32,902 bases of DNA from NCBI RefSeq assembly GCF_001194135.2, contig NC_068988.1:40766087-40798988 (forward strand), given 5' to 3'. This stretch comes from Octopus bimaculoides (taxonomy: Eukaryota). A model generated the notes under the pieces. It worked only from the letters and a program-made list of their open reading frames with translations, ran no database searches and was not told the DNA's origin. Every line of letters begins with the position of its first letter. Positions within the stretch are counted from its first letter, which is position 1. Made by a program: the position numbers and the translations under genes. Positions 32,683 to 32,902 of this stretch are shown here, piece after piece.

Positions 32683-32753
<71 letters not shown>

Positions 32754-32902
32754 AAGATTCAGGTGAGTACCAAGAGTGGCTCAGAACCACTGGGAGAAGG
32801 ATATTCAGGTTATGTATGCTGCGACAAGCGTCGATCGTAGAATCACCAAATATGCACATGCGGAGGATGTTAAATTTATTTTAAATGTCCATAATTGTAA
32901 AG

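Noticed and set aside
3614-32884. Numerous ORFs with poly-Y/I/N/L or CVCV/THTH runs in the ORF track
   Set aside because: Translations of microsatellites and N-gaps, not genes.

Overview
AT-rich eukaryotic, intergenic-looking DNA with many microsatellites and five N-gaps (4550-4559, 8003-8111, 9542-9627, 11064-11289, 30724-30821), most of them next to (TA)n tracts. The SINE and microsatellite make-up resembles an octopus genome; this is an inference from recalled repeat families, not a search result. I find no convincing host gene. The window is mostly transposon remnants: R4/Dong-type REL retrotransposons sitting in (AAT)n tracts, a Tx1/L1 ORF2 3' end, an RTE 3' end, two Penelope-like GIY-YIG fragments, maT (DD37D), pogo/Tigger and Helitron remnants, and several tRNA-derived SINE families. 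The most notable structure is a 1.7-kb poly(A)-tailed retroposon encoding only ORF1 (gag-like). It is inserted with a 16-bp target-site duplication in the Pol III A-box of a SINE, at the same base where a second SINE's tail ends. That retroposon, that SINE and the Tx1 LINE share a similar 3' tail, which suggests a three-partner, possibly target-specific retrotransposition system. Other points of interest are a foldback element carrying tRNA-like copies and minimal hammerhead-like motifs. All alignments and translations outside the supplied ORF track were done by eye.
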